A stretch of 64,000 nucleotides of DNA from Octopus vulgaris (taxonomy: Eukaryota). Every line of letters starts with the position of its first letter. Position 1 is the stretch's first letter. The notes beneath the pieces were generated by a model. That model did no database searches and was not told the DNA's origin. It saw only the letters and a program-made list of their open reading frames with translations. Positions 13,546 to 27,541 of this stretch are shown in pieces. A program made the position numbers and the translations under genes. The stretch lies in the NCBI GenBank assembly GCA_951406725.2, contig OX597833.1:69502001-69566000 (forward strand), written 5' to 3'.

Positions 13546-15555
13546 TATGTTATAATATGTATAGACAATATGTACGATCCAATTTGTGATGTCACCTGAT
13601 CTGAAACAGGTAGTCGGTGATTCAAATCCCATTGTGGATGGGAGGTTTTATTTACTTCTAACTGTTACAGTATTTTAGTTATTTATTTTCAGTATTGATA
13701 TCATGCAATAAAAGAAAATTATTGTGTTCAAATATAATTTAACAGTATTTTCCTCTCCGCTGGGTGTTTACCCTGTCTTTTCCCTATCTGTGTTTTCATT
13801 TGTAATAAATGCGTATCTTTTATAATTCATTTCTTTGTATGAATTGATGAATGAATAAAATTATTATGAAAATTGATATACTACTACTACTACTATTGCC
13901 GCTGCTGCAGTCGTGGTAGCAGTGGTGGCGGAACTGTTCAAATGTATCTCTCTTCGCTGTGTAAGTTTAATAACAATTGTCGTCTTCCATTTAGGGATTT
14001 TTTTAGTATCGATTTTCTGTCGTATTTCTTGCGGCCCCACGACCCCAAAGGGCGATTCGATTCATTTAGTTTCTATTTCCTATATATTAAAAAAAAAATA
14101 TTGATTTTCTTTTTTGAAGCATAAACATGTTGACAATGTTACTGGTCGTCGGTCGATAATGAGGAGGGGAAAGAAGGGGCTGGAATAAATTTGGCACGTG
14201 ATAAATCACTTTCACTGCCGCCTCATGTGACCTTCACCACCAACACAAATAATGCTATGGCTGCTGAGAGGAACAACCACACCGAACAAGCAAAAACAAT
14301 ATCTAAAATAAAGGTCCCAAGATAGACAAAAACAACAAAGTTTAATGCCGACACAAATTTAGGAACAACAACAAATAGGCCGAACATGACAAAACCCCAA
14401 CACTGGTACCATCATCGTCTCCACCGCGAAACGGCGTCAGCAGACATAATAACAACAACGTCTACAGGGCGTCAGCTTTAAATGAGGCAAACCTCACCGA
14501 GAAACTAGAGACCAAAAGGGTCATCCGGAAGGAAAGTAGTAGGGTCAATCTTGCCATGACATAAAAAAAAACAAGGGTAAATGTAACAGGATCTACTGGT
14601 AGACAGGTACAAAAATCAAAGACTAGAGAGATCGACGAATTTCGTAGAGAATGCAAACGACCCTTTTAAAACCATTCTATTTTATAATAAAATCTTATAA
14701 AATAATCTAAAGCTCCCTTTTTTCATTTTTCTTCTTTTGTTACATTTTCAACAATCTCCTCTCTTATATTCTCAAATCCCTTTCTGGCCCTTTTACTCTT
14801 TCTGCACATTCCCATTTTTTTTTCGTGAAGCTTACACAAAATTCTCTTCTTTTTAGAACTTTAAACCGAGTATCCATTAAATTAATATTTTAACTATTTA
14901 AGCAAATTCCTCAACAAGATTCATTACTATACTCGAAGAATCGGGAGATGAGTCACTTGTTAAATGATATAGTGGAATGTAACTTCAATTTCCTCGGGTA
15001 GAATCACAACTCCAGTATTCATTATTTATATTAACTACAGTGTCGTGAGACATTATAGTATGATTATTTCGAACAACAGTTTACTTCCTTTGTGCAATAA
15101 ACATGTCACCGAGCTGCAATAAGTATATATACATACACATACATATATAAATAAATAATATATATAAATAAATTATATATACATAAATAAATTATATATA
15201 TATAAATTATTTATATATATATAGATTATTTATATATATATATAAATAAATTTGAGGAGGTAGGGGAAGATAAGGTAAAAAAGTAGAGCAAAATGAAAGC
15301 ATTTAAAGAATGTAATAGATGTCTGGTAGTCTTAAAATCTAAAGTTGTTGGGAAAGAAATTTAGTAGTAACTGCCTGTGTCCATTCATGTTAAGGCCGGT
15401 GGTTGTAGAGTTATTTTTAGCAACGTGGTTATGGGTGTGTAGGTAGTCGAGAATGGGAGAGCTACTTGAATGTTAAATTGTTTATGAGTGGGAGATAGCA
15501 TTAGGGGATTTATTGGGTTAAGATTTTAAAATAAATTAAGGATAAAGGATAAATT

Positions 15556-15762
15556 ACGGAGATGTATTTGCATAGCAAGTGATTTGATCTAAGATCGTGT
15601 GCTGGAACGAAAACAATTGCAGCGTGGAAGGTGTTTGTAAGCCATTTAAGAAACACACAAAAGCCGTTCGATTCACTTCAACATTTAAATTTAATTTGTC
15701 AAAATATTTTCGTCTCTTTAAGACCGCGACCTCTTCACTTACAAGTGTCCGTGCTGCACCTC
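15556..15762 (-). mobile_element. short non-autonomous PLE-like element with HHR-like motif
   Basis: Homologous to 40965-41165; flanked by direct repeat AGGATAAATT(A) at 15546 and 15763; HHR-like fold at 15695-15744 with core GTGAAGA. Confidence 0.7.
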
Positions 15763-16056
15763 AGGATAAATTAAAGAATATTTATCTCATAGTGTGATGA
15801 AGGCACAAGGTATAAATGTTTTTGGTGTCAGTTCGGCTAGAAAGGGTGTTGCTCGAACACCTGAGGCAACACCCCTGCATCTGCCACTGGGACACGTATG
15901 AAGCAAGCACGAAACTCTCGGCCGTTTTCCACTCCTATAACATTTGCAGATTATATTCATGTTTGTGCCTATGTCTTATGTATGTGGTGTGGGTGTGTTT
16001 GGTCTATGTCATGCATGTGTGTTTATGCACATATATCTAAATACACACACACACAA

Positions 16057-16123
<67 letters not shown>

Positions 16124-16869
16124 TGCTTACACATATAATTGCTACCATCTCTGAATCATGTCGTTACTGGAAAATGCGAAAGTTTGGCAATCTTCCAGTT
16201 TCTCTTTGACCTTTCAGTTAAGTCTGTCTTTCTCCTCACCGTCCACTAATTATTGATGTAATAATGAAAAGTGATTAATCCTTTCCCAGATCGATTATGA
16301 TTCTTCTATCAAAGTTTACAGCAGCAAAGACGATAGGGGAGGTTGCAGAAGAAAATTCGCGGTTCACCAAACGTTTTGTAATATGTTTTTCATTCATAAT
16401 AGTTCGTTCGCTTCCCCCGCCATCTATGGTCTCCCGAATTTTTCTTAATATTCTGTGATCTCTGATTCTTATTTGGTCAAGCGTTTTGTTATTCTCATCA
16501 ATTATATACCACAATTTCGAAACTATTTCAGTAAGAAAACAATTGTAGCAGTAGTTTATATTTTCGTCCATGAATAGAGAAGAATGAATCGTAACCAAGT
16601 ATTTGTAATTGTAAACAGCATCTATCACTCGAAGTTGAGAAATTGTTGCATTGGTTTGACATCTAGAGGGCAAGAAGTTATGTTTGTACACAAGCTGTAA
16701 CTGATTTCGTCTATTATATTTTAATCCTTCTTATTTCTTCTACTGAAAGAGAAGAATTATGTGATTTTTCAATCGAGCGGAACGGTCGGTCCTGCTGTAA
16801 GATAATGTATTTACAGAAAAATAGTGTTTGTTTGTTTGTTTGTGGAGGTCCCATAAAACACACTGTTGA

Positions 16870-16912
16870 CTGATAATGATAATAATAACAATAACAACAA
16901 TAATAATAACAA

Positions 16913-16943
<31 letters not shown>

Positions 16944-17240
16944 AATAGTAATGATAATAATAATAATAATAATAATAGTAATAATAATAATAATAATAAC
17001 AATAATAATAATGATAATAACAATAATAATAATAATTATAATAATAATAAGAAGAAGAATAGTAATAATAATAATAATAATAACAATAATAATAATAATA
17101 ATAATAGTAACAATAATAATAATAATAATGATGATAATAATAATAATAAAAAGAAGATGAAGAAGAAGAAGAAGAAAAAGAATAATAGTTATTACAATTT
17201 ATTATTATTATTATTGTTATTATTATTATTATTATAATTA

Positions 17241-17298
<58 letters not shown>
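16870..17298. repeat. (AAT)n/(AAG)n then (ATT)n trinucleotide microsatellite
   Basis: Directly visible; strand switch near 17195. Confidence 0.95.
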
Positions 17299-17299
<1 letters not shown>

Positions 17300-17840
17300 G
17301 TATCAGCAATAATAAAAAGAATGAAATTGTGAGTAGCAGAAGAAGGAGAAAAAGAAAGAGAATACAAACAACAACTAGAACAAGAAAAAAAATATGGAGA
17401 ACAAATGGCAGAAGAGATGGAGGAGAAAGATAAAGAGAAGTAGGAAAAAGAAAAGGTGTAGAAGGAAGAGAAAGAGGCAAAGGAAACGGAAGAGGAAATG
17501 AGAGGGATGGGAGGAGGAGATTAGCAGGAAGAAAAGAAGGAGGATGAGGACGACTTCAGTTTTAGCTATGGCGGCTGAGAGAAATCAAAAACTGTATGTA
17601 AAAGACAATCTAGAAAAAGATGAATAGGTTTTGGAGATTGACATGTGAAAACTGTGATGATGATGACAAGCAGAAAAAAAAACTAATAGCAAATTCCTAA
17701 CAAATAAAATGGTACAATGGGAGAAGTAACTGCTTAGGACCAATCAAAGAAACGTCTGAAATCCTCCCTGGCCTCAACCAGTAACAGTGAAGGCCAGTTC
17801 AAATGTTTCCTTCCCCAGGCTTGGTGTAAAAGAAGGCTTA

Positions 17841-18183
17841 AAGGGTAAAGACCCCCTTCGGTCATGAATGACCGTGGGATTGCACCTAGAAAGTTACCCT
17901 CCTAGACACAAGTCCGGGCAAGGTTGTTTATGGAAGACCAGCAGTCGCCCATGCATACCGGTCTCCCCTCTCCACGCCACCAGTGTTATCCAAGGGAAAG
18001 GCAAGGGCCGATACAGCTTAGCACCAGTGACGTCGCAACTCATTTCTACAGCTGAGTAAACTGCAGCAACGTGAAATAAAGTACTTTGCTCAAGAACACA
18101 ACACGCAGTCCGGTCCGGGATTCGAGCTCACAACCTCACGATCGTAAGCTCGACGCTCTAACCACTGAGCCATGCGCCTTCAC
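17841..18183 (-). mobile_element. tRNA-derived SINE (family-B head, different body) with 13-bp TSD
   Basis: A-box TGGCTCAGTGG, B-box GAGCTCGAATCCC; TSD AAAAGAAGGCTTA at 17828-17840 and 18184-18196. Confidence 0.88.
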
Positions 18184-18665
18184 AAAAGAAGGCTTACAGC
18201 AAATATAAATAAGATGAACCTAACCTATTTATTTCAAATTACCATTGGGATTATGGCTGTCAAATAGTTAAGTATTATAAGTTTTTACTCTTCCTACCCC
18301 ATCAGCTTTAGCCTGCTAACTTTGGCTGAAATATATTCTACTGGACCCAAATGGTTTCTATTTCAAAGGGATCTTGATTTATGGCTCTGTCACTTAAACT
18401 GTCTTTTTCTCTATCCATAAAAGATAGATTCTTATTTTCCTCTAGACCTGATAAACTAGTCTTAAACCCCCTCCTCCAGTAGTAAATCTAAATAACAAAG
18501 TTAAATCAATGATAAGCAGTGTCTTCATGAAAAAAATATCAGTTACTACTATGTTTTTGTTGATGAAACTAGTTCTTTGTCTATCTACTTACCCTCTTTG
18601 TGATTTTGGTTAATGAAATAACTATAAAGACGAATCTTTTAACTTTAACTAAATTCTATATTTGT

Positions 18666-18755
18666 ATGCAGCTGAAGATTGCTCTACATTTTAAAACTGA
18701 TGTAATACTTGCATTGTTCAATTGAATGGAGTCGCATGAAACGATCGTACTGCAT
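18666..18755 (+). ncRNA. type-I hammerhead ribozyme-like motif
   Basis: Stem I ATGCAG/CTGCAT, core CTGAAGA, imperfect long stem II (TGCTC..GAGTCGCA), GAAAC-GATC-GTA with palindromic stem III ACGATCGT and a GUA site. Confidence 0.7.
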
Positions 18756-20267
18756 TACCTCTGTATATCCTTGTTGCTTATTTTGGTTGTAATCAGCCCA
18801 TTTTGAATTATATGGATAATACCATACCAAATGCTAGTGCCTTTAACTTAAGTACCATATTCAAATGAATCTAAATTTTTACTGAACTTATATATATACA
18901 TATATATATGTAGGTCCCGGGTTAAGTCGGGGTTAACCACAGTAAATAAGATACTCAATACATAGCAGAGTAAATTAATTTATTTTATTTTATAGAAGGA
19001 GCTTCTACAGGACTAGTACTGTTTCATTCAAATGAAATCATCCAAATGAAATGATGATTTCTATATATATATATATATATAAACCCCCGAAAATTTGAAA
19101 GCTAAATGAAACCGTAGTTGTGATTTGACGTCAGCACTTGAATTGGGGCCCGATAATTTTTGCTGCACTCTATTGATTGTATTAATGACGATTATTAATC
19201 AAATTATATTAATGTTAATATCGGTGAAATGCAGTTCCGTTTTCTATAGATAATGGAAAAAATTATGCAAAAAGATCGCGCGAGGAGCACTTAGCGTCCT
19301 CCCTACCTATTTGTCTCCATCAGTTTTCTTTTACTTAAACAGTAATTTCAGCACACCATTGCCGGTGATTGTAATGTTTCCACTGATGATGAAGCCCGTT
19401 TCTCATGACTACACACAGCCAATAATAAGTGGTGTCGCTTGATCCTGAAGCTTTAAACGTTCACTAATGACGTTGTTGCTGTTGTTGTTGTTTTCATGCT
19501 GAATGAAGTAGTCTGTGTTTGTTGTTTGTGTGTGCGGTTGCCTAATTGCGTAATAGTTTCATTTTCATCATAGATCGGTGAATATTTAGTATTTGCTTGT
19601 GAACTGACAAACTGACAGATAATAATTACTCTTGTTGATTTGTTAGCTATGATCCCTCTCTCTCTCTCAGTCTGTCTCTCTCTCTCTCTCTCTCTCTTTT
19701 TCTTTCTCCCTCTCTCTCTATCTTTCTGGCCTTTCATACAATAATTAATGGCAGAATGTTGCATTGAATGATAAATTAGACATGTCAAATAAAGCTGTCA
19801 CCTGTATATAGAAATAAATATATTAATTGCTTGTCACTAACTGAACATATCAACGTTTCATTTGAAATAACAGTAACTTCCAATTAAAATATTTCAAATT
19901 CGTTTTTTTTCTCTCCTATTTATTTTTGCATATTTTTGTTTTGGGTTTTTTAGTTTAGTTGATGCATTTGTCATTTCATACCGATATATTGACGTCAATA
20001 ACTATTTAGCATAAATCCAGTATCAGTATTTTCCATCGTTTAATGAAAATACATGTTGGTCTGAAATACACGTAATACTGCGAAGAGGAGAGAATCGTCA
20101 GTGCGCGCGCCCAGCAGCGCGCTGTCAGCTGCTTCGGTTATGTGTGTATATGCATTGCACACGTGGTCATAAGTATATGGACTCCATCCATGGACGTTGA
20201 GCAAGGCTTTTCATAACACGTTGATGCAAACTATCGATTTTAATACAAAAGTAAATAATTTTTTCCT

Positions 20268-20460
<193 letters not shown>

Positions 20461-21164
20461 TCCAGGCATCGCATTCCCATATTCTGCTGGGCCCAGTTAG
20501 AAATGAGTAGAGATGATATGGGGGCAATATAAGAGTGGGTGCTGAAATCACCCTGGTTTTAGGGTATCGCGAATGGCCTGGCTGGAAGCCCAACGTTCCG
20601 AGTTCTTTGACATGACTTAGAAAGGCTGAAGAACCGCTTCGACAAGAACGTGAATCCCAGAGCGGAATAATGTGAATAAAATCCTAATTAACTGATCCTC
20701 CTGTATTTTCTTTTACCCAAAGCCAGGAATATTTCAGCACCCATCATATGCGCCAAAATAACAAGCAAAAACCTGGTTCCAAATCTTAAGCAGCAATCGC
20801 TTGAAACTGGCGGCAAATATTGTTTATTTACATATATATCTACACATATATATGTATGATCGCAATGTATGTATATATAATGTATGTATATACACATATA
20901 TCTTTATTGTAAAATCAATTAAGATTCAAAAGAATTGATTTAGCTGATGAATACTTGACATTATATTTGCTGTAATATTTGCAGCTTGAAATTAAATGTT
21001 TTTAGTATGAAACAATTGTACTAATCTACCGATCCATTCTTGTTGCTTTTTTCTTGGTTATATCTGTATGTATGTATGCATGTATGCATGTATGTATGTA
21101 TGTATGTATGTATGTATGTATGTATGTGTGTGTGTATGTATGTATGTGTGTATGTATGTATGTA

Positions 21165-21332
21165 TATATTTCCCCGCGCATATTCATATATACTTGATTT
21201 TATTCCTTGATACAACAATCGCTTTCTAATAGGCATTCAATAAAATTGTTTAATATCAACCTGATGATTGCCTTTCTACACCGACCTGGATTTTATATTC
21301 ATTGATGGGCCTCACGTGATTGTTCACCTCAC
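21165..21332 (+). repeat. ~165-bp direct repeat, copy 1 (copy 2 at 23010-23173)
   Basis: GCGCATATTCATAT...TTCCTTGATACAACAATCGC...GTGATTGTTCACCTCAC is shared, with scattered substitutions. Confidence 0.85.
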
Positions 21333-21361
21333 AGACTTATATATATATATATATATATGTG

Positions 21362-21420
<59 letters not shown>

Positions 21421-21708
21421 AGGACTTTATTATCAACAGTGTTTAATTCCTGGCTGTATTTGTCTGTATTGTTTTTTATCTGAAACTATCCACGTGTGTG
21501 AAATATATTTTTTATAGCATAAAATACATGTATTCTCTAAAGGTATATGTATTCAGAATATTGAGAAAAATATCGGCCATTTGATTTGGATGGTAATCGA
21601 CCAAATATCTGCTTCAATTGTATATTGTATAAATACACATGAATTGAGACAATTAAGAGATAGCAAAGATTTTGAAAGGGGAGATAATTGCTGCTTCTTT
21701 TTCTTTCC

Positions 21709-21761
<53 letters not shown>

Positions 21762-21762
21762 A

Positions 21763-21823
<61 letters not shown>

Positions 21824-22631
21824 CTCTCTATCTATCTATCTATCTACCTATATATCTAACTGTCTATCTAACTATCTATCTAAGTTTGGCAAATGAAGTC
21901 AATTCAAAATGTTGTAAATGAAGAAATTAATTTTCTAAGGGAAGAGGCATGAACTAATTAATTTTTAGACCACGTGATTGCAAAATGGAAAGGTCCGTTG
22001 ATTAGTGATATTCAGAAATACATGAGTGTGAGAGATATTTCATTATATATCTATCTATCATTGTGGATAGGCAATGTGTTCAGAACATATTTTATTTAAA
22101 AGTTAATTAACGATGGGAAATAACCGAAATTACTGAACAACTTGAACTTAGATAAATATGTTAACGGGCGTCCTTTAAATGACCTCTCCCCAAAATAGGA
22201 ATATTATAATAATAATAACTATAACGGTTAGCGATTTTTCAAATAAAAGGATAGAACATTTTCAGAAATTGTCATACAAAGAAATAGAAGACAGAAGATA
22301 CCAATTCCGTAGCCAGAAAGAATAGACTGGAAATATTTTCCCCTTCTTTGTCAAAAGTGTAAGCAGTGTTCATTATTTGTTACAGAGCTTCCGTGACAGA
22401 TGTGACGGAAAGGAGAAAGTATTCTCATAACCGATCCATGATCTAAATGGTTGTTCCACAGTGGACAATGTTCTAATCAGTCGCAAGCAATCGAGTTAAG
22501 TCCCTGGTTCAATCAGTCACTGATTCAATCTGACATGTGTATGCGTACAAATACTTGTATATATATACATGTGTCTGTGTGTGTATGTTTGTGTGTGTAT
22601 GAGTCTGTGTGCATGTATGCATGCATATATG

Positions 22632-22670
<39 letters not shown>

Positions 22671-22702
22671 GTGTGTGTTTGTGTACATGTATGTATGTAT
22701 GT

Positions 22703-22995
22703 TGGTAGGTAGGTAGTTAGGTAGGTAGGTAGGTAGGTAGGTAGGTAGGTTAAGATAGGTAGGTATGTAGGTAGGTAGGTAGGTAGGTATGTAGGTAGGT
22801 AGGTAGGTTGGTAGGTAGGTAGGTAGGTAGGTAGGTAGGTAGGTTGGTAGGTAGGTAGGTAGGTAGGTAGGTAGGTAGGTAGGTAGGTAGGTAGGTAGGT
22901 AGGTAGGTAGGTAGGTATGTAGGTAGGTTGGTAGGTAGGTAGGTAGGTAGGTAGGTAGGTAGGTAGGTAGGTAGGTAGGTAGGTAGGTAGGTATG
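22703..22995. repeat. (GGTA)n microsatellite
   Basis: Directly visible; source of the PTYL ORF. Confidence 0.95.
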
Positions 22996-24000
22996 TATAT
23001 GCTTATGCAGATATTTACCTGCGCATATTCATATATTGGTTTTATTCCTTGATACAACAATCGCATTCTAATAGTCATTCAATAAAATTGTTTAATATCA
23101 ATCTGATGATTGCTTATTACACTGGCCTGGATTTTAAATTCATTGATCGCCCCATAGTGATTGTTCACCTCACCGCTTAGCAACTTCAGTATGCTAAAGG
23201 GTCTCAAATTACCCACCAATGCTATTAAATTGGGCAATGGATTAGATTTGGCAACCAAGTAGGCCTGGCATGATTTGAATTGAAATCACAAAGAGTCGAA
23301 AGAAATATCTCAAGATGTCGGCTCAGAGATTCTATATTTTCGCACACAATGTGTGGACTGGTAGGTTTTTTTTCGTCGTTGAAAGTAGAAAGGCAATGTT
23401 GAATTGAAGAGATTTGCACTCAGGAGCTGAGCATCAGAGCAAATGCTGCAAAACATTCTCTCTCCTAAAGCTATAATGATTCTGTCAATTCGCCATCTTG
23501 TTCCATCACAATAAACGAATTTGTTCTGTAACACGAAAGGAATTCTGAAAACGTTGACTGTTTACAATCCACAGCTATAAGAGCTATTACGTTTCTTGAA
23601 AGTTTGTATGAACAAGATAAATTTGCACTGCTTGCTTCTGCAAAAGAAGATGAACTCTCTCAGAATATCGATTGTCATTATGTTTCATCAAAAGTACATC
23701 GTGGTAAATGACAACGAATAATTTGTATGAAATATCTTTGTATCGATGTCCCTGACAATCTTAAATAATTTGTCATCTTTTAGAAGTGATTTCGACGTAG
23801 AAAATGTACATTTTTCACTATATCCAATTAGAGACATCAGCGTTAAACATTATTTTCGATTCTGTGAAACCAGATACATTGGACGGTCTTCTAATCTGCT
23901 GACACCTTGGCTTTCGTAGTTTAAGTTTTGTCGTGTTGAAAATAAGTCTTCTAACGACACCTTATCCACTTATGGAAATCGCTTAAAACTTTAGTTATTG

Positions 24001-24342
24001 TTTCATTTGCTTCAGTCATTTGACTGCGGCCATGCTAGAGCACCGCCTTTAGTCGAACCGCTAGGTTACGGGGAAGTAAACACACCAGCATCGGCTGTCA
24101 AGTGATGTTAGAGGGACAAACACAGACACACAGACACACACATATATATATATATATGTATTTATGTATGTATATATACGCCGGGCTTCTTTGAGTTTCC
24201 CTCTACCAAATTCACTCACAAGGCTTATGTCGGCCCGAGGGTATAGTAGAAGACACTTTCACAAGGTGCCACGCAGTGAAACTGAACCCGGAACCACGTG
24301 GTTAGTAAGCAAGCTCCTCACCACGCAGCCACTCCTGCGCCT
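24001..24342 (-). mobile_element. SINE family A (internally deleted)
   Basis: Homologous to 9526-9919. Confidence 0.85.
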
Positions 24343-24439
24343 TATAAAATTACCATGGTGCTCCTTATATGAAATGTAAGGAGCATTACAGGATTTAAAT
24401 TCATATAAGACATTTCGAAATTTCTCTTACTCTTTCTTC

Positions 24440-24628
24440 CGTTTCTGCTGTACATGTATTTCCGAGGATCCACCTTGTCACACTCAGTGTCACGTTGAAT
24501 CTCCCCGAGAACTACGTTAAGGGTACACGTATCCGCGGAGTACTCAGCCTCTTGTACGATAATTTCACGAGCAGGTTGTTCCGTGCATCGGATCAACTGG
24601 AACTCTCGTCGTCGTAACCAATCGAGTG
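24440..24628 (+). mobile_element. SINE family B 3' half
   Basis: Reverse-complement match to 79-260. Confidence 0.75.
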
Positions 24629-24633
24629 TCGTA

Positions 24634-24813
<180 letters not shown>

Positions 24814-24865
24814 ATAGATAGATAGATAGTTTTAGATATAGATATATATACATGTGTGTGTCATA

Positions 24866-24897
<32 letters not shown>

Positions 24898-25846
24898 ATG
24901 TGTGTGTGTATATATGTATAAATACATACACACAGATAAACATATATATATGTCTATATATGTATGTATGTATATATATATTAATACATAATTTACCATT
25001 ACTCTTGTATATGTCATTCTAGATCTGTCTGGTGATTTAGTGATATATTATTGATGATGCTTATACATTCTTGTATACGGAAATAAATCAATCAATTAGA
25101 CAGGTAAAATGAAAACTAATCAATTATATCTCTAGAAATGATGCAGAAGACACAAAATTATAAAAGAAATTTTAAAAAAAAGCAACGGGAATGAGTTTTA
25201 TTTGCCTATTTGCTGAAATGGATTCTTGCGCAGAAGAATATAATTAAAGAAAAGCAGCATATGCACAAGTTGAGAGACATACATCTTGGAATTGGATGAA
25301 CGAAGGAAAAAAAGAGCACACAATGTGAAATGAGTGAAAGATTTGATGATTTGTGGCAAAAATGATAACAAAAGTAATTATATGCGAATGTATCATTCAA
25401 TTTTCGAAAGTTTATAGAAAATAAGAAAACCAGAAAAAAAAACCATATAAATAACAATTTTTATCTGCTTTTTGATCCAAAGAAAAAACAAAACAAAAGA
25501 ACGAATGAGAAATGCTATACATAATTAAACGGATATCAAAATAGATACAGGCTTTCACCATCACAGATCCGTTGAATTATTGAAATCTCGATGGAATAAC
25601 TCCAAAACTTAGAGATAAATATTATTCATGGAAAGGTTTTTTTTTTCTCCTTTGTGTACACAGTATTTATATCAACTGTTTTTTACACCACAAACGAAAA
25701 CTCATCAATTACATATTATCAGATGTTGTTCTATTATTTGCCTATTGTGAAGCAAGTGTCATGTGAAACCTACACGGGTTTCTTCGAAGTTATATAATAT
25801 TACATAAAAAAATTCTATTTATCTACTACTTCTACAATTATTATTA

Positions 25847-25887
<41 letters not shown>

Positions 25888-25893
25888 TTTATT

Positions 25894-26138
25894 GAGGCAC
25901 GGGACTGGCAGAATCGTCGTTAGCAATCTTCACGAAATCCTTACCAGTATTTCGAAAGTCTTCACGATCTGAGTTCAAATTCCACCGAAGTTGATTTGGC
26001 TTTCATCCTTTCGAGGTTGATAGATTGTGCACCAGTTGTGTACTGGGCTGGATCTAATCAACTGGCCCCCCACATCCCAAATTTCAGGCTTTGAACCTAT
26101 AGTAGAAAGGATTTTTATTATTATTATTATTATTATCA

Positions 26139-26171
<33 letters not shown>

Positions 26172-26202
26172 GTTGTCATTATTATTATTATTATTATTAT
26201 TA

Positions 26203-26249
<47 letters not shown>

Positions 26250-26274
26250 TTTATTTTTATTATTATTATTATTA

Positions 26275-26309
<35 letters not shown>

Positions 26310-26313
26310 TTTA

Positions 26314-26369
<56 letters not shown>

Positions 26370-26427
26370 GTCATTATTATTATTATTATTATTATTGTTG
26401 TCATTATTATTATTATTATTATTATTA

Positions 26428-26462
<35 letters not shown>

Positions 26463-26487
26463 TTTATTTTTATTATTATTATTATCA

Positions 26488-26524
<37 letters not shown>

Positions 26525-26528
26525 TTTA

Positions 26529-26627
<99 letters not shown>

Positions 26628-26800
26628 CATTATTATTATTATTGACTTCTTCATGCTCTGAGCACAAATTCCGCCTAGGTTGACTTTGTCTTTCATCATC
26701 TCGGGGTAAATAAATTCAGTACCAGTTTGGCACTGGGGTCGATGTAATCGAGTAGTCTCCTTCCGCTAAATTTCAGGCAATCTGCCCATCTGAAAAGGTT
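25894..26800 (+). mobile_element. two SINE family C segments separated by ~530 bp of (ATT)n
   Basis: 25894-26110 and 26645-26800 match family C; 26111-26643 is (ATT)n with repeated interruptions. Confidence 0.7.
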
Positions 26801-27131
26801 GTTGTTGTTGTTGTTGGCACCACGTCTACTCTCCCCATTGACCACAACCTTTGTATTTCCCATTTAAATCATCCTAGTTTTGTATTTTTCTGTATGTTTC
26901 GAGATCTGTTTTTACCTTCATTTTGGCAAACCAACAGGACTCTTTAGAGACTGCACTTCACAAAAGCTTAAGCCGTTCAGCAGTTTCAGTGACTGAATCT
27001 CTGGACATCTGCAGCCAAACATTTTGTCCTCTTTGGAAAACACAAGGGTCTTTCCGTTTAACTTCTTTGAATCTGAATATCCGCAAAAGTAAAGTGAAAC
27101 CGAGAGCCATATTATGAAATATTACTCATAT

Positions 27132-27541
27132 TACTCTTTTTACTCTTTTACTTGCTTCAGTCATTTGACTGCGGCCATGCTTGAGCACCGCCTTTAGTCG
27201 AGAAAATCGACCCCGGGACTTATTCTTTGTAAGCCCAGTACTTATTCTATCGGTTTCTTTTGCCGAACCGCTAAGTGACGGGAACGTAAACACACCAGCA
27301 TCGGTTGTCAAGCAATGCTAGGGGGACAAACACAGACAAACAAACTCTCACACACACACACATATATATATATATACGACAGGTTTCTTTCAGTTTCCGT
27401 CTACCAAATCCACTCACAAGGCATTGGTCGGCCCGGGGCTATAGCAGAAGACACTTGCCCAAGATGCCACGCAGTGGGATTGAACCCCGGAACCATGTGG
27501 TTGGTTAGCAAGCTACTTACCACACAGCCACTCCTGCGCCT
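27132..27541 (-). mobile_element. SINE family A, near full length
   Basis: Head AGGCGCAGGAGTGGCTGTGTGG through the (AGTAAAAG)n tail. Confidence 0.9.

Noticed and set aside
16275-16691. 138-aa non-repetitive ORF
   Set aside because: Non-ATG start, AT-rich, only a vague resemblance to transposase fragments; cannot assign.
20626-20680. CTGAAGA-A-CCGCT..AGCGG hairpin followed by AATAAA
   Set aside because: No GAAA, stem III or stem I closure, so not callable as a hammerhead.
23180-23960. Possible decayed hAT transposase (CDGTRWRIDR)
   Set aside because: Single weak motif among many stops; needs BLASTx.
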